This document shows positions 19,034-29,675 of a stretch of DNA of 64,000 bases, piece by piece. The position numbers and the translations under genes were made by a program. The DNA is from Candidatus Sericytochromatia bacterium (lineage in GTDB: Bacteria; Cyanobacteriota; Sericytochromatia; S15B-MN24; JAQBPE01), in the NCBI GenBank assembly GCA_040400605.1, contig JBBAPZ010000007.1:19485-83484 (forward strand). The letters run 5' to 3'. Positions within the stretch are counted from its first letter, which is position 1. Every line of letters begins with the position of its first letter. The notes under the pieces were generated by a model. That model searched no databases, was not told the DNA's origin, and saw only the letters and a list, made by a program, of their open reading frames with translations.

Positions 19034-20581
19034 ATGCAGCGCAGGAATCTCCCAATCGGGATTCAGACCTTTCGTGAGATTCGTGAAAATGGCCACTATT
19101 ATGTGGATAAGACCCCGCTGATTCTGCAGCTCATCAAACAGGGCAAACCCTATTTTCTTTCCCGCCCGCGTCGCTTCGGCAAGAGCCTGTTGCTCGACAC
19201 CATCAAAGAACTCTTCGAAGGCAACCAGGCCTTGTTTGAAGGCTTGCGTGCCGAGGCCAACTGGGATTGGTCGGTTACGCATCCGGTGGTGCGTTTGAGT
19301 TTTGGCGCAGGCGTGCTCAAGACGTCCGAGAAACTGGCGGCAAATTTGCACAAACAGCTTTCTCGGCTGGAGCAGGAATCCGGTTTGAAGCAGCGCTTTG
19401 AGCATGCGGGAGAGCGTTTGGCTGACCTGATTGAGACGCTGCACGATCGCACGGGGCGGCGGGTTGTTGTGTTGGTGGACGAGTACGACAAACCGATCCT
19501 CGACAACTTGACCGAACCTGAGCGGGCGCGGGCGATGCGTGAGGGGTTACGGGATTTATACAGTGTGTTGAAAGATGCGGATGCGCATTTGCGCTTTGTG
19601 TTCATTACCGGGGTGAGCAAATTTTCGAAGGTGAGTCTGTTCTCGGGGCTGAACAACTTGCGTGACATTACGTTGAGCGCGGAGTATTCCGCGTTGTGCG
19701 GTTATACGGACCACGATGTGGAGACGGTGTTTGCGCCGGAACTGCCCGGTTTGGATCGCGACCGCATCCGGCGTTGGTATAACGGTTACAATTGGACGGG
19801 TGAAGCGGTATACAACCCTTTTGACCTGCTGCTGCTGTTTCAGGAGCGTCAGTTTCGGCCTTATTGGTTCGAGACGGGTACACCCACGTTTTTGGTGGAG
19901 CATCTGGCCAAGCGCCGCTATTTCACGCCGAATCTGGCGCGCATGCAATCCAGTGAAGCCTTGATGTCGCGTTTCGATGTGGATGACATCGCGCCTGAGG
20001 CGTTGCTCTGGCAAACCGGGTATCTGACCATTTTGGGTACGCGGGAGGTGAGCGAGGGGCAGTGGGTTTACACGTTGGGCTATCCCAACCGGGAGGTGGA
20101 GGCGAGCCTGAATGCGAGTTTGGTCAATGCGTATGGCGGCGAGGAATCCCCTGCGTTTGATGCGCGCGTTCAGCTGATTGAAGCCTTGCAGGCAGGGGAG
20201 ACCGACCATTTGCGGGATATTATCCAGGCGTTGTTTGCCAGTATTCCGCACGATTGGTATCGGAACAACCCGTTGCCGCAGTATGAGGGGTTTTACGCCA
20301 GTGTGTTTTACAGTCATTTGGCGGCGTTTGGGCTGGATACGCGGGTAGAGGATGCGACGAACAGGGGGCGCATCGATTTGGCGTTGCGGACAGGCGATCG
20401 CATCTACCTGTTCGCGTTCAAGGTGGTCGAGCAGGTGCCGGAGGGCCGTGCGATCGCACAGTTGCAACGCAAGGGCTACGCTGAAAAATACCGCGCACCA
20501 GGTGTCACGATTAGCCTGGTTGGCATCGAATTCAGCCGGGAGGCACGCAACGTGGTGGCGTTTGAGGTGGCAGACGGCTAA
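19034..20581 (+). CDS. AAA-ATPase-like domain + PD-(D/E)XK nuclease-fold (DUF1703-type) protein
   Basis: LPIGIQTFREIR, YVDKT, Walker A SRPRRFGKS, VDEYDKP, YNPF, YWFETGTP, GRIDL, GIEFS; GGAGG RBS. Confidence 0.9.
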   Translation: MQRRNLPIGIQTFREIRENGHYYVDKTPLILQLIKQGKPYFLSRPRRFGKSLLLDTIKELFEGNQALFEGLRAEANWDWSVTHPVVRLSFGAGVLKTSEKLAANLHKQLSRLEQESGLKQRFEHAGERLADLIETLHDRTGRRVVVLVDEYDKPILDNLTEPERARAMREGLRDLYSVLKDADAHLRFVFITGVSKFSKVSLFSGLNNLRDITLSAEYSALCGYTDHDVETVFAPELPGLDRDRIRRWYNGYNWTGEAVYNPFDLLLLFQERQFRPYWFETGTPTFLVEHLAKRRYFTPNLARMQSSEALMSRFDVDDIAPEALLWQTGYLTILGTREVSEGQWVYTLGYPNREVEASLNASLVNAYGGEESPAFDARVQLIEALQAGETDHLRDIIQALFASIPHDWYRNNPLPQYEGFYASVFYSHLAAFGLDTRVEDATNRGRIDLALRTGDRIYLFAFKVVEQVPEGRAIAQLQRKGYAEKYRAPGVTISLVGIEFSREARNVVAFEVADG

Positions 20582-21128
20582 GGCGGCACGACGGTTACAC
20601 CCGTTTCCAAATGATGACATACGAATCCCACTTGCAAGTCGCGAACCGTTTTCGCGCAGCATTCGCTCATGCCTGCTTTGCCACGCTGATGACAGAGATT
20701 TCGCCCCGGGCAACTGAAAGGCGTATGGCTGGATCATTAGGCGCCATAAGGCTTTGAGACGAATAATCTTTTCTTAACCTGGCGTGGGATGAAAGCCTGG
20801 CAGCGAGCAACGACTTGAGATGACTGCAGCTGGGCGGACTTGAGAATCGATCGTTGGTGCAGCCTTGGCGATCGCAACCACGGCGATGACCACCGTGCCA
20901 CTAGCCCACCTCGCCAAGCAGCCTGATTCGGTTCTGATTCGTGCACCCCCAAAAGAGATAGACCGCCTGTTGACTCCTCAAACCGAGGGGGAACTCGTTG
21001 CTGTCACACGCTTAGTTTCTTTAATCAGTCACGTCTCTCGACGGGTTCATAGGGTATTAAGCACAACCGAGGCGAAATCTCTGACGGGGATGTGAACGAC
21101 TACTCATCGCAAAGTACCCCACCCTTCG

Positions 21129-21374
21129 TCAGGTAGCGACAACTTGCGTCAAAAAATCCACAGCTTCTTTGACCGTTGTGATTCGCTCTGCATCTTCATC
21201 CGAGATCTCGACGTCAAAACCATCTTCAAAAGCCATCACAAGCTCCACCGTATCGAGTGAGTCCGCACCCAAATCATCGGCGAAACTGGCATCGGCGTGC
21301 ACCGCCTCAGGCTCCAAGGCCAGCCGTTCAGCCACGATCGCACGAACCTTTGACAAGATCTCATCCCTTGACAT
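21129..21374 (-). CDS. acpP: Acyl carrier protein
   Basis: [31 protein letters not shown]. Confidence 0.95.
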   Translation of the reverse strand: MSRDEILSKVRAIVAERLALEPEAVHADASFADDLGADSLDTVELVMAFEDGFDVEISDEDAERITTVKEAVDFLTQVVAT

Positions 21375-21502
21375 GCCTTCAAGACTCCTCAATTCCACGG
21401 TTGCTGTATGGATGAATGTTCCCACTACTGGCGCTGGTGAATCAACACGCCACCCAAGAATGGGGTACCAGTCAGTGTAGCATTTGAGCCGTCGCAATGG
21501 GC

Positions 21503-22594
21503 TTACGCCAGGTTCCATTCACGCATGATTCGTGAAAGTTTCTGGCCGTAACTCGGATCCGTTGCGTAGACCCCCGTGATGTTGCGCGCAAACGCGTGGG
21601 GGTTGCGATCCCGTGCATACTGTGCCACGGCACGATCATAATAACCATTGTGAAACAGCTTTCCGTGAGCCTCAAAAGCCTCTTCCATGTTACTGTAAGC
21701 AGCGAATTTATCCCGAGTGTTCACCCAACGACCACCATAAACCTCCTGGGTCGCCGAACTGGTCGAACCCGCACTGCCCCGACCCTTGATACCAAACAGA
21801 TTGTATCCCGGTAACGCGCGCGCACCCCATCCGGACTCCAACGCCGCTTGAGCAAGCGTTACGGCGGCCGGTATCCCATGTTTTCGTTCCGCCGCCTCCG
21901 CACCCGGTCGCAACCGTTCAAAAAAAGCACGCTTATCAGTTGCACCCAGACGCTTCAGTTCCGAGACCGAGACCGCCTGGGCCGCCACCCGCGGCTGCCA
22001 CGCCGTCGGGTCAGAGGCAACGGCATCATCCACACCCGCAGGTGTTGAGGCAACCGGCGCACCGACAATCGTCTGACCAGGGAAAGGCCCCACAACCACG
22101 CCGGGAATCGCCAACGGGAGGTTAAAAGGCACACCAACACCACTTGGTGCCTGTCCTGACATCGGCATCGGCAAAGGAGCGGCAGCGACCATCATCGGTG
22201 GCGGCGGTGGGGGCGGAGGCGGCGGCGGCGGTGGGGCAAGCGGGGGCGGCGGTGGGGGCGGCGGCGGCGCACCGGGTTGCAGCGTTTGTGAGGCGACCAC
22301 GGTCACCATCGGCGCTGGCATACCCAATGGGGCAACCGCAGGAGCGGAGGGCAACGTCGGCTGAGGCGCGACCATCAGTACCGGCGCGCGGGTAGGGGCC
22401 ATAAACGGCCTGCCCGATACTTGCCCACTTGGCGCAACAGGGCGGCTCGGGGGGGCCTGCACCGGAGACAACGTGAGTTTGTCCAATCCCCACGCATCCA
22501 TGCGAACCGGATTCGATGTGGCCTGCGTCGCCGCATGCGGGTAACGATTCAGGTCGGTTACCCACCCATCTCGACGATCGATTTGTGGAAACAT
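21503..22594 (-). CDS. GH73/FlgJ-like glucosaminidase with Pro-rich N-terminal region
   Basis: [24 protein letters not shown]; long Pro/Ala linker. Start placed at MFPQID. Confidence 0.88.
   Translation of the reverse strand: MFPQIDRRDGWVTDLNRYPHAATQATSNPVRMDAWGLDKLTLSPVQAPPSRPVAPSGQVSGRPFMAPTRAPVLMVAPQPTLPSAPAVAPLGMPAPMVTVVASQTLQPGAPPPPPPPPPLAPPPPPPPPPPPPPMMVAAAPLPMPMSGQAPSGVGVPFNLPLAIPGVVVGPFPGQTIVGAPVASTPAGVDDAVASDPTAWQPRVAAQAVSVSELKRLGATDKRAFFERLRPGAEAAERKHGIPAAVTLAQAALESGWGARALPGYNLFGIKGRGSAGSTSSATQEVYGGRWVNTRDKFAAYSNMEEAFEAHGKLFHNGYYDRAVAQYARDRNPHAFARNITGVYATDPSYGQKLSRIMREWNLA
22196..22268 (-). repeat. Low-complexity CCN repeat encoding polyproline
   Basis: Encodes [24 protein letters not shown]. 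Confidence 0.85.
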
Positions 22595-22734
22595 CACCAA
22601 GACCTCACAGTAATCGACAGACGCTTGCACCGTTATCGGCCAAATCTGCCACAAGACGGTTATGCTAGAATTAACTTTAGGCTATGAAATTGTAGTACTG
22701 ATGGGTTTGTGGCGAACGAAAGGGGAAACGACCG

Positions 22735-23586
22735 ATGGCACGCGCACGGGTACCGGAAGCAGAAGCGCTCCTGGATCAACCCTATCCCGTTTTGGACCAT
22801 GGCTTCGTTCGCTTGGTGGATTATCTGGGATCCGACGATCGCGTGGTCGAAGCAGCGCGTGTGTCGTATGGAGGCGGTACCAGGACCCTGCGTGAAAACC
22901 AATCCCTCATTCATTACTTGATGCGCAACGACCATACCAGTCCCTTCGAGCAGGTGGTGCTGGTGGTTCACATGAAGTTGCCCTTGTTTGTCTTTGCCCA
23001 GATGGTGCGCCATCGCACGGCGCGCCTGAACAGTTTGAGTGCCCGCTACAGTGTCATGGAAGACGAATTCTATCTGCCGCAAGGCGATCAGTTGCGTGCA
23101 CAGAGCACACTCAACAAACAGGTGGGAGATGGCGAATTGCCGCAAGAGGTGGGTGAACAAGGTGCTGCCACCTTGCGTCAACAAGCGTCAGATGCCTATG
23201 CCGCTTATGAACGTTTGCTTGCACAGGGGGTCAGCCGGGAGCAGGCGCGGATGCTCTTGCCGCAGAATTTATACACCCAGATTTATTGGCAGTGCGACCT
23301 TCACAACCTGTTCCACTTTTTGCGACTGCGCCTGGATTGGCACGCGCAAGCCGAAATTCGCGCCTACGCCGAAGTGCTGGCCATGATGGCCTCGAAGGTT
23401 GCCCCCCTCTGCTATGGTGCCTTCGAAGAACACATTTTGGGCGGTACCCGGCTATCACGCACAGAAGTTGACGCAATCAATGCCATGCTCAGCAAGGAAT
23501 CGGTTCAGTTAAGTGAGAAGGCCCTCGCCGAACTCAAACGCAAAATGCGCTGGTCAACCGTCACTGACCCAAGTACGGCGTCGTGA
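22735..23586 (+). CDS. thyX: FAD-dependent thymidylate synthase
   Basis: AARVSY, HTSPFE, RHRTARLNSLSARY, HAQAEIR. Confidence 0.95.
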   Translation: MARARVPEAEALLDQPYPVLDHGFVRLVDYLGSDDRVVEAARVSYGGGTRTLRENQSLIHYLMRNDHTSPFEQVVLVVHMKLPLFVFAQMVRHRTARLNSLSARYSVMEDEFYLPQGDQLRAQSTLNKQVGDGELPQEVGEQGAATLRQQASDAYAAYERLLAQGVSREQARMLLPQNLYTQIYWQCDLHNLFHFLRLRLDWHAQAEIRAYAEVLAMMASKVAPLCYGAFEEHILGGTRLSRTEVDAINAMLSKESVQLSEKALAELKRKMRWSTVTDPSTAS

Positions 23587-23724
23587 TGCCGCCAGCATCT
23601 TTGGCTGTGCCTTGCAATGGCGGCAATTCGTCAATACAGAAAAGTGTCGATTGGTGATCAGACCGTTGGCTCTTGCTAATAACAGAACGCGAGTCCCTGT
23701 TGTGGTGAACAATCAAAAGACCCT

Positions 23725-24291
23725 TTAGAAACGTCGCAACGCTTGCACTTCGGACGGCGCAAGTTCCCGACAATCACCAGGCGCCAGTTCATCAATGGTG
23801 AGATTTCCGATACCAAAACGCACCAGCCGCAATGTCGGGTGACCAACCGCCGCCGTCATACGACGCACCTGCCTGTTTCGTCCTTCCGTGATAACCACGC
23901 TCAACCAGCTGTCGGGGACACTCAAGCGCATCCGAATGGGTGGGTTTCTCGGCCACAAGCCGGGCGGCTCACCTACACGGATCACCTGCGCCGGACGGGT
24001 CTGATGACCTTGGATTACCACACCCGTTTCGAGGCTTTTGAGCGCCTGCCACGAGGGAACACCTTCGACTTGTACCCAATAGCGCTTGGGTTGTTTAAAG
24101 CGTGGATCCGCCAAACGGTGAGCCAATGCACCATCATCCGTCAGCAACAACAGGCCTTCGCTGTCATGATCAAGCCGGCCCACCGGATAAACACCCGGGA
24201 TCGTCAAATAATGCCCCAAGCCTGGATGATGACCATCATCCGTGAACTGACTTAAAACACCATAGGGTTTGTTAAACACAATGTAACGCAT
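23725..24291 (-). CDS. RsuA/RluE-family rRNA pseudouridine synthase
   Basis: FNKPYGVLSQF, GRLDHDSEGLLLLT, EGRNRQVRRMTAAVG. Confidence 0.92.
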   Translation of the reverse strand: MRYIVFNKPYGVLSQFTDDGHHPGLGHYLTIPGVYPVGRLDHDSEGLLLLTDDGALAHRLADPRFKQPKRYWVQVEGVPSWQALKSLETGVVIQGHQTRPAQVIRVGEPPGLWPRNPPIRMRLSVPDSWLSVVITEGRNRQVRRMTAAVGHPTLRLVRFGIGNLTIDELAPGDCRELAPSEVQALRRF

Positions 24292-24407
24292 GTCGAGGCA
24301 TCATACTATACAAATTACCGCTTTCATCATCGGTTGCTTCCAACACGACGCACGTCAAAGCGATTTCACAGATGCAGGTTGGATCCACACGGGTTACAAT
24401 GTGACTC

Positions 24408-25112
24408 ATGACGCTGACGCACACAGAACTGTTTTCAAAACTCGGGCTTACTGAAGCACCCGACCAAGCCTTGCTCTCGCTGGCGCTCACCCATTCCTCA
24501 GCGGAAAAAACCGACAATTACGAGCGCCTCGAGTTTTTGGGCGACGCTGTCTTGAAAATGGTGGTGAGCGACTGGCTGTATCATCTTGATGGCGCACTGA
24601 GCGAAGGCGAAATGACCAAAATTCGGGCCCAAGCCGTCAGCGACGCAACCTTGGCGCGTGTTGCTCAAACCTTGGATTTGGGTCGTCACCTGCAATTGGG
24701 ACGGGCGGAGCGTCAGGCCGGTGGGCGCGCGAAAGAGAGCATCACCGCCAGTGCGTTGGAAGCGGTGTTTGGCGCCGTGTACCTGCAATTTGGCCTTGTG
24801 CGGTCGGGAGAATGCATTGTGCGGGTGATGGCCGAAGAACTGGCGCTTGCGCGTCACGCAAAAGGCGAAAACAACCATAAGGCGCGCTTGCAGGAATGGA
24901 CGCAGGCACACTGGAACTGCCTGCCTGAGTATCGGGTATTGAGCATGGCAGGACCCGAGCACAACCGACACTACACCATCGGTGTTTATCTGCACCAGCA
25001 ACTGCACGGAGAGGGCCAAGGCCCAAGCAAAAAAAGTGCGGAGCAAGCGGCAGCAAAAGCCGCCCTTGCGCACCTTGTTCCTGACCAGCAACCTGAAAGG
25101 AAGCTCAATTGA
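24408..25112 (+). CDS. rnc: Ribonuclease III
   Basis: ERLEFLGDAVL signature; C-terminal dsRBD (SKKSAEQAAA). Confidence 0.95.
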   Translation: MTLTHTELFSKLGLTEAPDQALLSLALTHSSAEKTDNYERLEFLGDAVLKMVVSDWLYHLDGALSEGEMTKIRAQAVSDATLARVAQTLDLGRHLQLGRAERQAGGRAKESITASALEAVFGAVYLQFGLVRSGECIVRVMAEELALARHAKGENNHKARLQEWTQAHWNCLPEYRVLSMAGPEHNRHYTIGVYLHQQLHGEGQGPSKKSAEQAAAKAALAHLVPDQQPERKLN

Positions 25113-25768
25113 CCCCAGTGGTTGCGCCTTCAATCCTGTCTGCCGATTTCGCTCATCTCGCAAGCGAATTACAGGCGCTTGAAGCGGCGGGGGCAGACTG
25201 GGTCCACCTTGACGTGATGGATGGGCATTTCGTGCCCAATCTAACCTTTGGTCCACCGGTCATCAAAACCCTGCGTGCCAACAGCCGGCTGACCTTTGAC
25301 GCGCATTTGATGATCACCAACCCCGATTCAATGCTGGATATGTTCGCAAACGCCGGATGCGACAGCATCACCGTCCACATCGAAACGTGTCCTCACATCC
25401 ATCGAACCCTGTCGCGCATCCGCAGTCTCGGCCTCAAGGCGGGTGTCGCCTTCAATCCAGCCACTTCCTTGCACGCATTGCCCCACATCATCGACGAAGT
25501 GGATCTCATCTTGCTCATGGCCGTCAATCCCGGATTTGGTGGCCAACGCTTCATACCCGCCGTGTTGCCAAAAATTGTCCAAGCCCGCGAGATCGCCGAC
25601 TCCGTCGCCCATCACGTGCACATCTCAGTCGATGGGGGCATCGACCCCAACACGGCCCCTTTGGTCTTAAATGCGGGTGCGAATGTCTTGGTCGCAGGGA
25701 ATGCCATTTTTCATGGCCCGGGCAACTATGCCGACAACATCCGTGCGTTGCGCAGTGCAACCCAATGA
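25109..25768 (+). CDS. rpe: Ribulose-phosphate 3-epimerase
   Basis: APSILSADF, HLDVMDGHFVPN, VNPGFGGQ, VDGG. Confidence 0.95.
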   Translation: MTPVVAPSILSADFAHLASELQALEAAGADWVHLDVMDGHFVPNLTFGPPVIKTLRANSRLTFDAHLMITNPDSMLDMFANAGCDSITVHIETCPHIHRTLSRIRSLGLKAGVAFNPATSLHALPHIIDEVDLILLMAVNPGFGGQRFIPAVLPKIVQAREIADSVAHHVHISVDGGIDPNTAPLVLNAGANVLVAGNAIFHGPGNYADNIRALRSATQ

Positions 25769-25890
25769 GCGCCTGTTCGTGATGCGCGGGGCTTGGAAAG
25801 CAACTGATGCGTCGCCAGTTTAGCCTCGGTCAAAGATTCCGGTGGTCAAACAAGCCACGAATTCAGATCACGGGCACAAAACTCCTTCGT

Positions 25891-26214
25891 TCACGGGCCC
25901 CATCCATAACGGGCAGCAACCACGAACCAACCAAGCAACAAGCCCAAACTGACGATCAAACAACCTTGAACAAGGCCCAATCGCGCCCCAGGCCGGCCCG
26001 ATAACGGTCGGTCTCCCAGTACAAGAGCCAGCAACCCACCAACAACCAACGCACCATAAAACCAATCGAGTCTGATACCACCCCACAGCGCATAATACCG
26101 CAGCAACGGATAGTGACTGAGGCCGCAAAAACCGACACCCAGCGCATAAATGCCCGCCCAAGCGGAAAATGCCACGTCATCTGTCTGCGACAAGACGAAC
26201 TTGATGACCCTCAC
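25891..26214 (-). CDS. Small hypothetical membrane protein
   Basis: Three hydrophobic segments; codirectional with and just downstream of speB. Confidence 0.5.
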   Translation of the reverse strand: MRVIKFVLSQTDDVAFSAWAGIYALGVGFCGLSHYPLLRYYALWGGIRLDWFYGALVVGGLLALVLGDRPLSGRPGARLGLVQGCLIVSLGLLLGWFVVAARYGWGP

Positions 26215-26260
26215 AACCTAGCCCCAATCACCGTCGCGTACCCCGCACGGCCCAAGCAAA

Positions 26261-27166
26261 TCATAATGAAGCCAGTCGATTGTCTTCATGAAATTTGTAA
26301 CCAATCAATTTATAAATCAACTTGGCTGTTGCAAACTCCGACACATTTTGCCCCGGAATCGGTGCCAGTTCGACGACATCACAACCGACCACGTTTTTTG
26401 ACCCAAAAAGCCCACGCAAAAGCGTCAGGGTCTCATACCAACCAAGCCCACCTGGCTCCGGCGTTCCAACCCCCGGTATCACCGAAGGGTCCAAACCATC
26501 CAGATCGATGGTCAGATAGACAGGACGATCACCCAATGCGTCCAAAACCTCGGATACCGAGTGCTTGCCCCGACAATAATCGCGCGCCCAAAAAATTTGC
26601 GAAAACCTCGCTTCGCGCCAATCAGCCATTTCTTCGGCCGATATATTGCGAATGCCCACCTGGACCAAAGGAACACCAAGATCCACAATCCGACGCATCG
26701 CACTGGCATGGGAATAGGGCGTATCGTCATAAGTGGCGCGAAGATCAGCATGCGCATCAATCTGCAACACCACCAACTCAGGATGCCGCTTCAACGCCGC
26801 ACGCACCGGCGCCACCGTCAATGCGTGCTCACCACCCAACACCACCGGAAACAACCCCTCATCCAAGGCCGTCTCGCAAACCGCCTCCAACTGCGCCAAG
26901 GGCTGCTCATAATCCGCACGACCAGGCCAAACCACCTGCGCCGTCGCAATGCCAACTTCCGCCGGCGACCAGTCAAGTTCCTCGTCATACAGTTCCACTT
27001 GCGCTGACGCATGCAAAATTGCTAACGGACCATCTTTCGTTCCACCACGATAACTGGTCGTGGCTTCATACGGAAACGGAATAATCACCGCCCGCGCAGA
27101 CGCAGGATCACTCATCTCATCCGGCAAGTTACCGAAGTTCAACCACTGTCGACCCAAACTCGTCAC
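26261..27166 (-). CDS. speB: Agmatinase
   Basis: GGEH, DAHAD, TIDLDGLDP, GTPEPGG. Confidence 0.92.
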   Translation of the reverse strand: MTSLGRQWLNFGNLPDEMSDPASARAVIIPFPYEATTSYRGGTKDGPLAILHASAQVELYDEELDWSPAEVGIATAQVVWPGRADYEQPLAQLEAVCETALDEGLFPVVLGGEHALTVAPVRAALKRHPELVVLQIDAHADLRATYDDTPYSHASAMRRIVDLGVPLVQVGIRNISAEEMADWREARFSQIFWARDYCRGKHSVSEVLDALGDRPVYLTIDLDGLDPSVIPGVGTPEPGGLGWYETLTLLRGLFGSKNVVGCDVVELAPIPGQNVSEFATAKLIYKLIGYKFHEDNRLASL

Positions 27167-27207
27167 CGGACACCCCTCTTTAGCGATAATTTTCTAACCA
27201 AAACACC

Positions 27208-27828
27208 TCATTTAAGCACAACACGCTTCATGCGATCCGGCGTCTTCCGAGCGCCAGGACCCTCAGTTGCCGCCAATTTCAAAACCACATCATAGCCGCG
27301 AACGACATGGCCAAACACCGTATAGCCGCCATCTAAAAACGCTAGACGATTCTGCGCAATATAAAACTGACAACTCGCACTGTTTGGCATCGCCGAATGT
27401 GCCATCGCAACCGAACCGGGCAGATGCTTCAAGCCGTTTCCATGCTCGTCTGGAATCCTGCGGTCCGCATCCCCTGTACCAATCTGCGGATGACCAGCCG
27501 GCAAAGTCTTGGAATTCGGGTCACCGCCTTGTGCCACAAACCCCGGAATCACACGATGAAAAGTCGTCCCATCATAAAAGCCAGAAGACACCAGTCGCGA
27601 GATTTGGTCCACCGTTCTGGGTGCAACCTTCGGGAACAAAACCAGTTCAATCTCTCCCGCCGTCGTCCTAAGCAACACGCGCTTTCCCAACGCCACGGCC
27701 TTGCCCGCCGACCGATTCACATCCGCCAATGTGGCGGCGCGCGAGGCCGGTGCATCCGCCAGAGCAGGTCTTCCACCCACCAAAACCACCGCAACAAACG
27801 CACCCAACGCAAAGAACCGCTTCAACAC
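27208..27828 (-). CDS. Cyclophilin-type peptidyl-prolyl isomerase with signal peptide
   Basis: FHRVIPGFVAQGGDP, SCQFYI, LDGGYTVFG; hydrophobic N-terminus ending ALA; AGGAGA RBS. Confidence 0.9.
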   Translation of the reverse strand: MLKRFFALGAFVAVVLVGGRPALADAPASRAATLADVNRSAGKAVALGKRVLLRTTAGEIELVLFPKVAPRTVDQISRLVSSGFYDGTTFHRVIPGFVAQGGDPNSKTLPAGHPQIGTGDADRRIPDEHGNGLKHLPGSVAMAHSAMPNSASCQFYIAQNRLAFLDGGYTVFGHVVRGYDVVLKLAATEGPGARKTPDRMKRVVLK

Positions 27829-27866
27829 GCCTTGTCTCCTGAATGAACGATTCACCCCAAAAGCAG

Positions 27867-27945
27867 TGGGGATGGAGGGACTTGAACCCACACACCGAAG
27901 TACCAGAACCTAAATCTGGCGCGTCTGCCATTTCGCCACATCCCC
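27867..27945 (-). tRNA. tRNA-Leu(TAG), CCA not encoded
   Basis: GGGGATGTGGCGAAATGGCAGACGCGCCAGATTTAGGTTCTGG..GGTTCAAGTCCCTCCATCCCCA; long variable arm; extended -10 TGTGGTACAAT just upstream. Confidence 0.93.
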
Positions 27946-27988
27946 AGCGATCTTCATTGTACCACAGGTGCCAGCCAAGGCTCGGCGT

Positions 27989-29032
27989 TCACGTCCCGGG
28001 TGTTTGACCAAACAAGCCGTCAACGAATGCCTGCGGCTCAAAGTCACCGATGTCGTTCAAACCTTCGCCCAAGCCGACGACCTGAACGGGCAACCCCAAA
28101 GCGTCGCGAATGCTGAAAATGACGCCACCTTTGGCTGTTCCATCCAGTTTCGTCAGAATGACACCCGTCAAGCCCGTGGCCTCCCGAAATACGCTCGCCT
28201 GTCTGACACCATTTTGGCCAGTCGTGGCATCAAGTACCAACAAAACCTGCACTGCAGCATCTGAAGCCTCGCGCTCAATGATGCGGCGCACCTTGCGCAA
28301 CTCTTCCATCAAATTGGCTTTATTGTGCAAGCGTCCGGCCGTATCCACAAGGAGCACTCTCTTGCCACGCGCTCGCGCGGCCTGAATCGCGTCATAAACG
28401 ACAGCGGCGGCATCCGCTCCAGACTGGTGTTTGACCAGATCAACTCCCGCCCGCTCAGCCCAGATGGCCAGCTGTTCGATCGCCGCTGCCCGAAACGTGT
28501 CACCAGCGGCAATCAACGTCGACAAACCGCTCTGCTCAAACCGCCAGGCCAACTTGCCAATTGTCGTCGTCTTGCCGACGCCGTTGACCCCAACAATCAT
28601 CAGCACGTTCAACCGGTTTGGATCCACCTGCAAGGGCGCCGCAACCCCAAGGCGTTCGGCCAGAAACTGCGCGAGCGCCGTCGGAATCTGCGCGGGAACC
28701 AAAGCCTCCTCACGCGCACGGCGGCGTAGTTCCTGCAACAGCGCTTCGGTTGTTTCCACGCCAACATCGGCACCCAGTAAAATTTCTTCCAGCGACTCAA
28801 GCAAATCATCATCGATGCGACCACGCCCGGCGATGAGCACCATGACACGATCCATCAACACCTGACGCGTCCTGGCAATCCGCTCGCGCGTCTTGATTGC
28901 CCACGCTTCATCTTGATCAAAAACAGGCTTGTTCAAAGCCTCCCAAACCCGGGCCAACAACCCTTTTGCTTCTGCGGGCGTATCACTGGGTACAGCAGGC
29001 GTTTGAGCGCGCGCGTCGCGCTTAAACCACAT
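27989..29032 (-). CDS. ftsY: Signal recognition particle receptor FtsY
   Basis: GVNGVGKTTT, DTFRAAA, DTAGR, TKLDGTAKGG. Confidence 0.95.
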   Translation of the reverse strand: MWFKRDARAQTPAVPSDTPAEAKGLLARVWEALNKPVFDQDEAWAIKTRERIARTRQVLMDRVMVLIAGRGRIDDDLLESLEEILLGADVGVETTEALLQELRRRAREEALVPAQIPTALAQFLAERLGVAAPLQVDPNRLNVLMIVGVNGVGKTTTIGKLAWRFEQSGLSTLIAAGDTFRAAAIEQLAIWAERAGVDLVKHQSGADAAAVVYDAIQAARARGKRVLLVDTAGRLHNKANLMEELRKVRRIIEREASDAAVQVLLVLDATTGQNGVRQASVFREATGLTGVILTKLDGTAKGGVIFSIRDALGLPVQVVGLGEGLNDIGDFEPQAFVDGLFGQTPGT

Positions 29033-29675
29033 GGCGCCGCCCACGACGCAGCGCACCGGCCTCTTCGGCAAAACGGGACAACACGCCATTCACGAAACGT
29101 CCAGAGTCAGCGGTGCCATACTTCTTGGCCAGTTCCACCGCTTCATTGATACAAACTTCAACCGGAATCTCCGGATTGAACAACAATTCAGCAACCGCAA
29201 GACGCAAAACGTCCCGATCCACACTGGCCATGCGCTCAACGCGCCAATTCTGTGCCGCGGCCTCCAAGCGTTGTTCGACATCACCTTGGTGCCTGACATA
29301 CATCTCAACCTGCTCCAACGCAAACCCCCGCACTTCAGGTGCACCAGCCATGGCAACCATTGCAGGCAGTTCCAAGGCCGAACCCAGCAACTCAATGGCG
29401 TCTTGCGCGGTTCCCACCGCACCCAGCACGGATTCAACATCTGCCCGGCTCAACGGCGAGTCATGCATCTCGACATAGCGTTCATGCACGACACGCTCGA
29501 TACGAACGAGATCAGCACCCGCCTCTTGCAATCGCTCCGACGCCTCCATCGACAACATGTCCGCCGCTCGGCCCAGCATCTCCCCCAGACTCGGCGCACC
29601 ACCATCCGCACGATTCATCATCTGGGACATCGTCAACAATGCCAATTCCCGCGCAACCCGACGACTGTTTAACAC
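29022..29675 (-). CDS. nusB: Transcription antitermination factor NusB (long form with internal helical insert)
   Basis: RRVARELAL, then DRDVLRLAVAEL..INEAVELAKKYG..FVNGVL; start estimated from a GGGAGG RBS. Confidence 0.92.
   Translation of the reverse strand: MLNSRRVARELALLTMSQMMNRADGGAPSLGEMLGRAADMLSMEASERLQEAGADLVRIERVVHERYVEMHDSPLSRADVESVLGAVGTAQDAIELLGSALELPAMVAMAGAPEVRGFALEQVEMYVRHQGDVEQRLEAAAQNWRVERMASVDRDVLRLAVAELLFNPEIPVEVCINEAVELAKKYGTADSGRFVNGVLSRFAEEAGALRRGRRHVV

Noticed and set aside
18393..20581. Diversity-generating retroelement (template/variable repeat pair)
   Set aside because: Differences between the copies are not adenine-specific, the copies are too diverged, and there is no reverse transcriptase in the window.
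19556..20737. Long antisense ORFs (also 2195-3301, 26113-27084, 57827-58843)
   Set aside because: Shadows of well-supported genes on the opposite strand in GC-rich DNA, with no motifs.
20600..21120. Small ORFs 20737-20952 and 20865-21095
   Set aside because: No clear RBS or recognisable protein features.
27840..27945. tRNA-Leu as an integration site
   Set aside because: No duplicated 3' end was noticed and the flanks are housekeeping genes.
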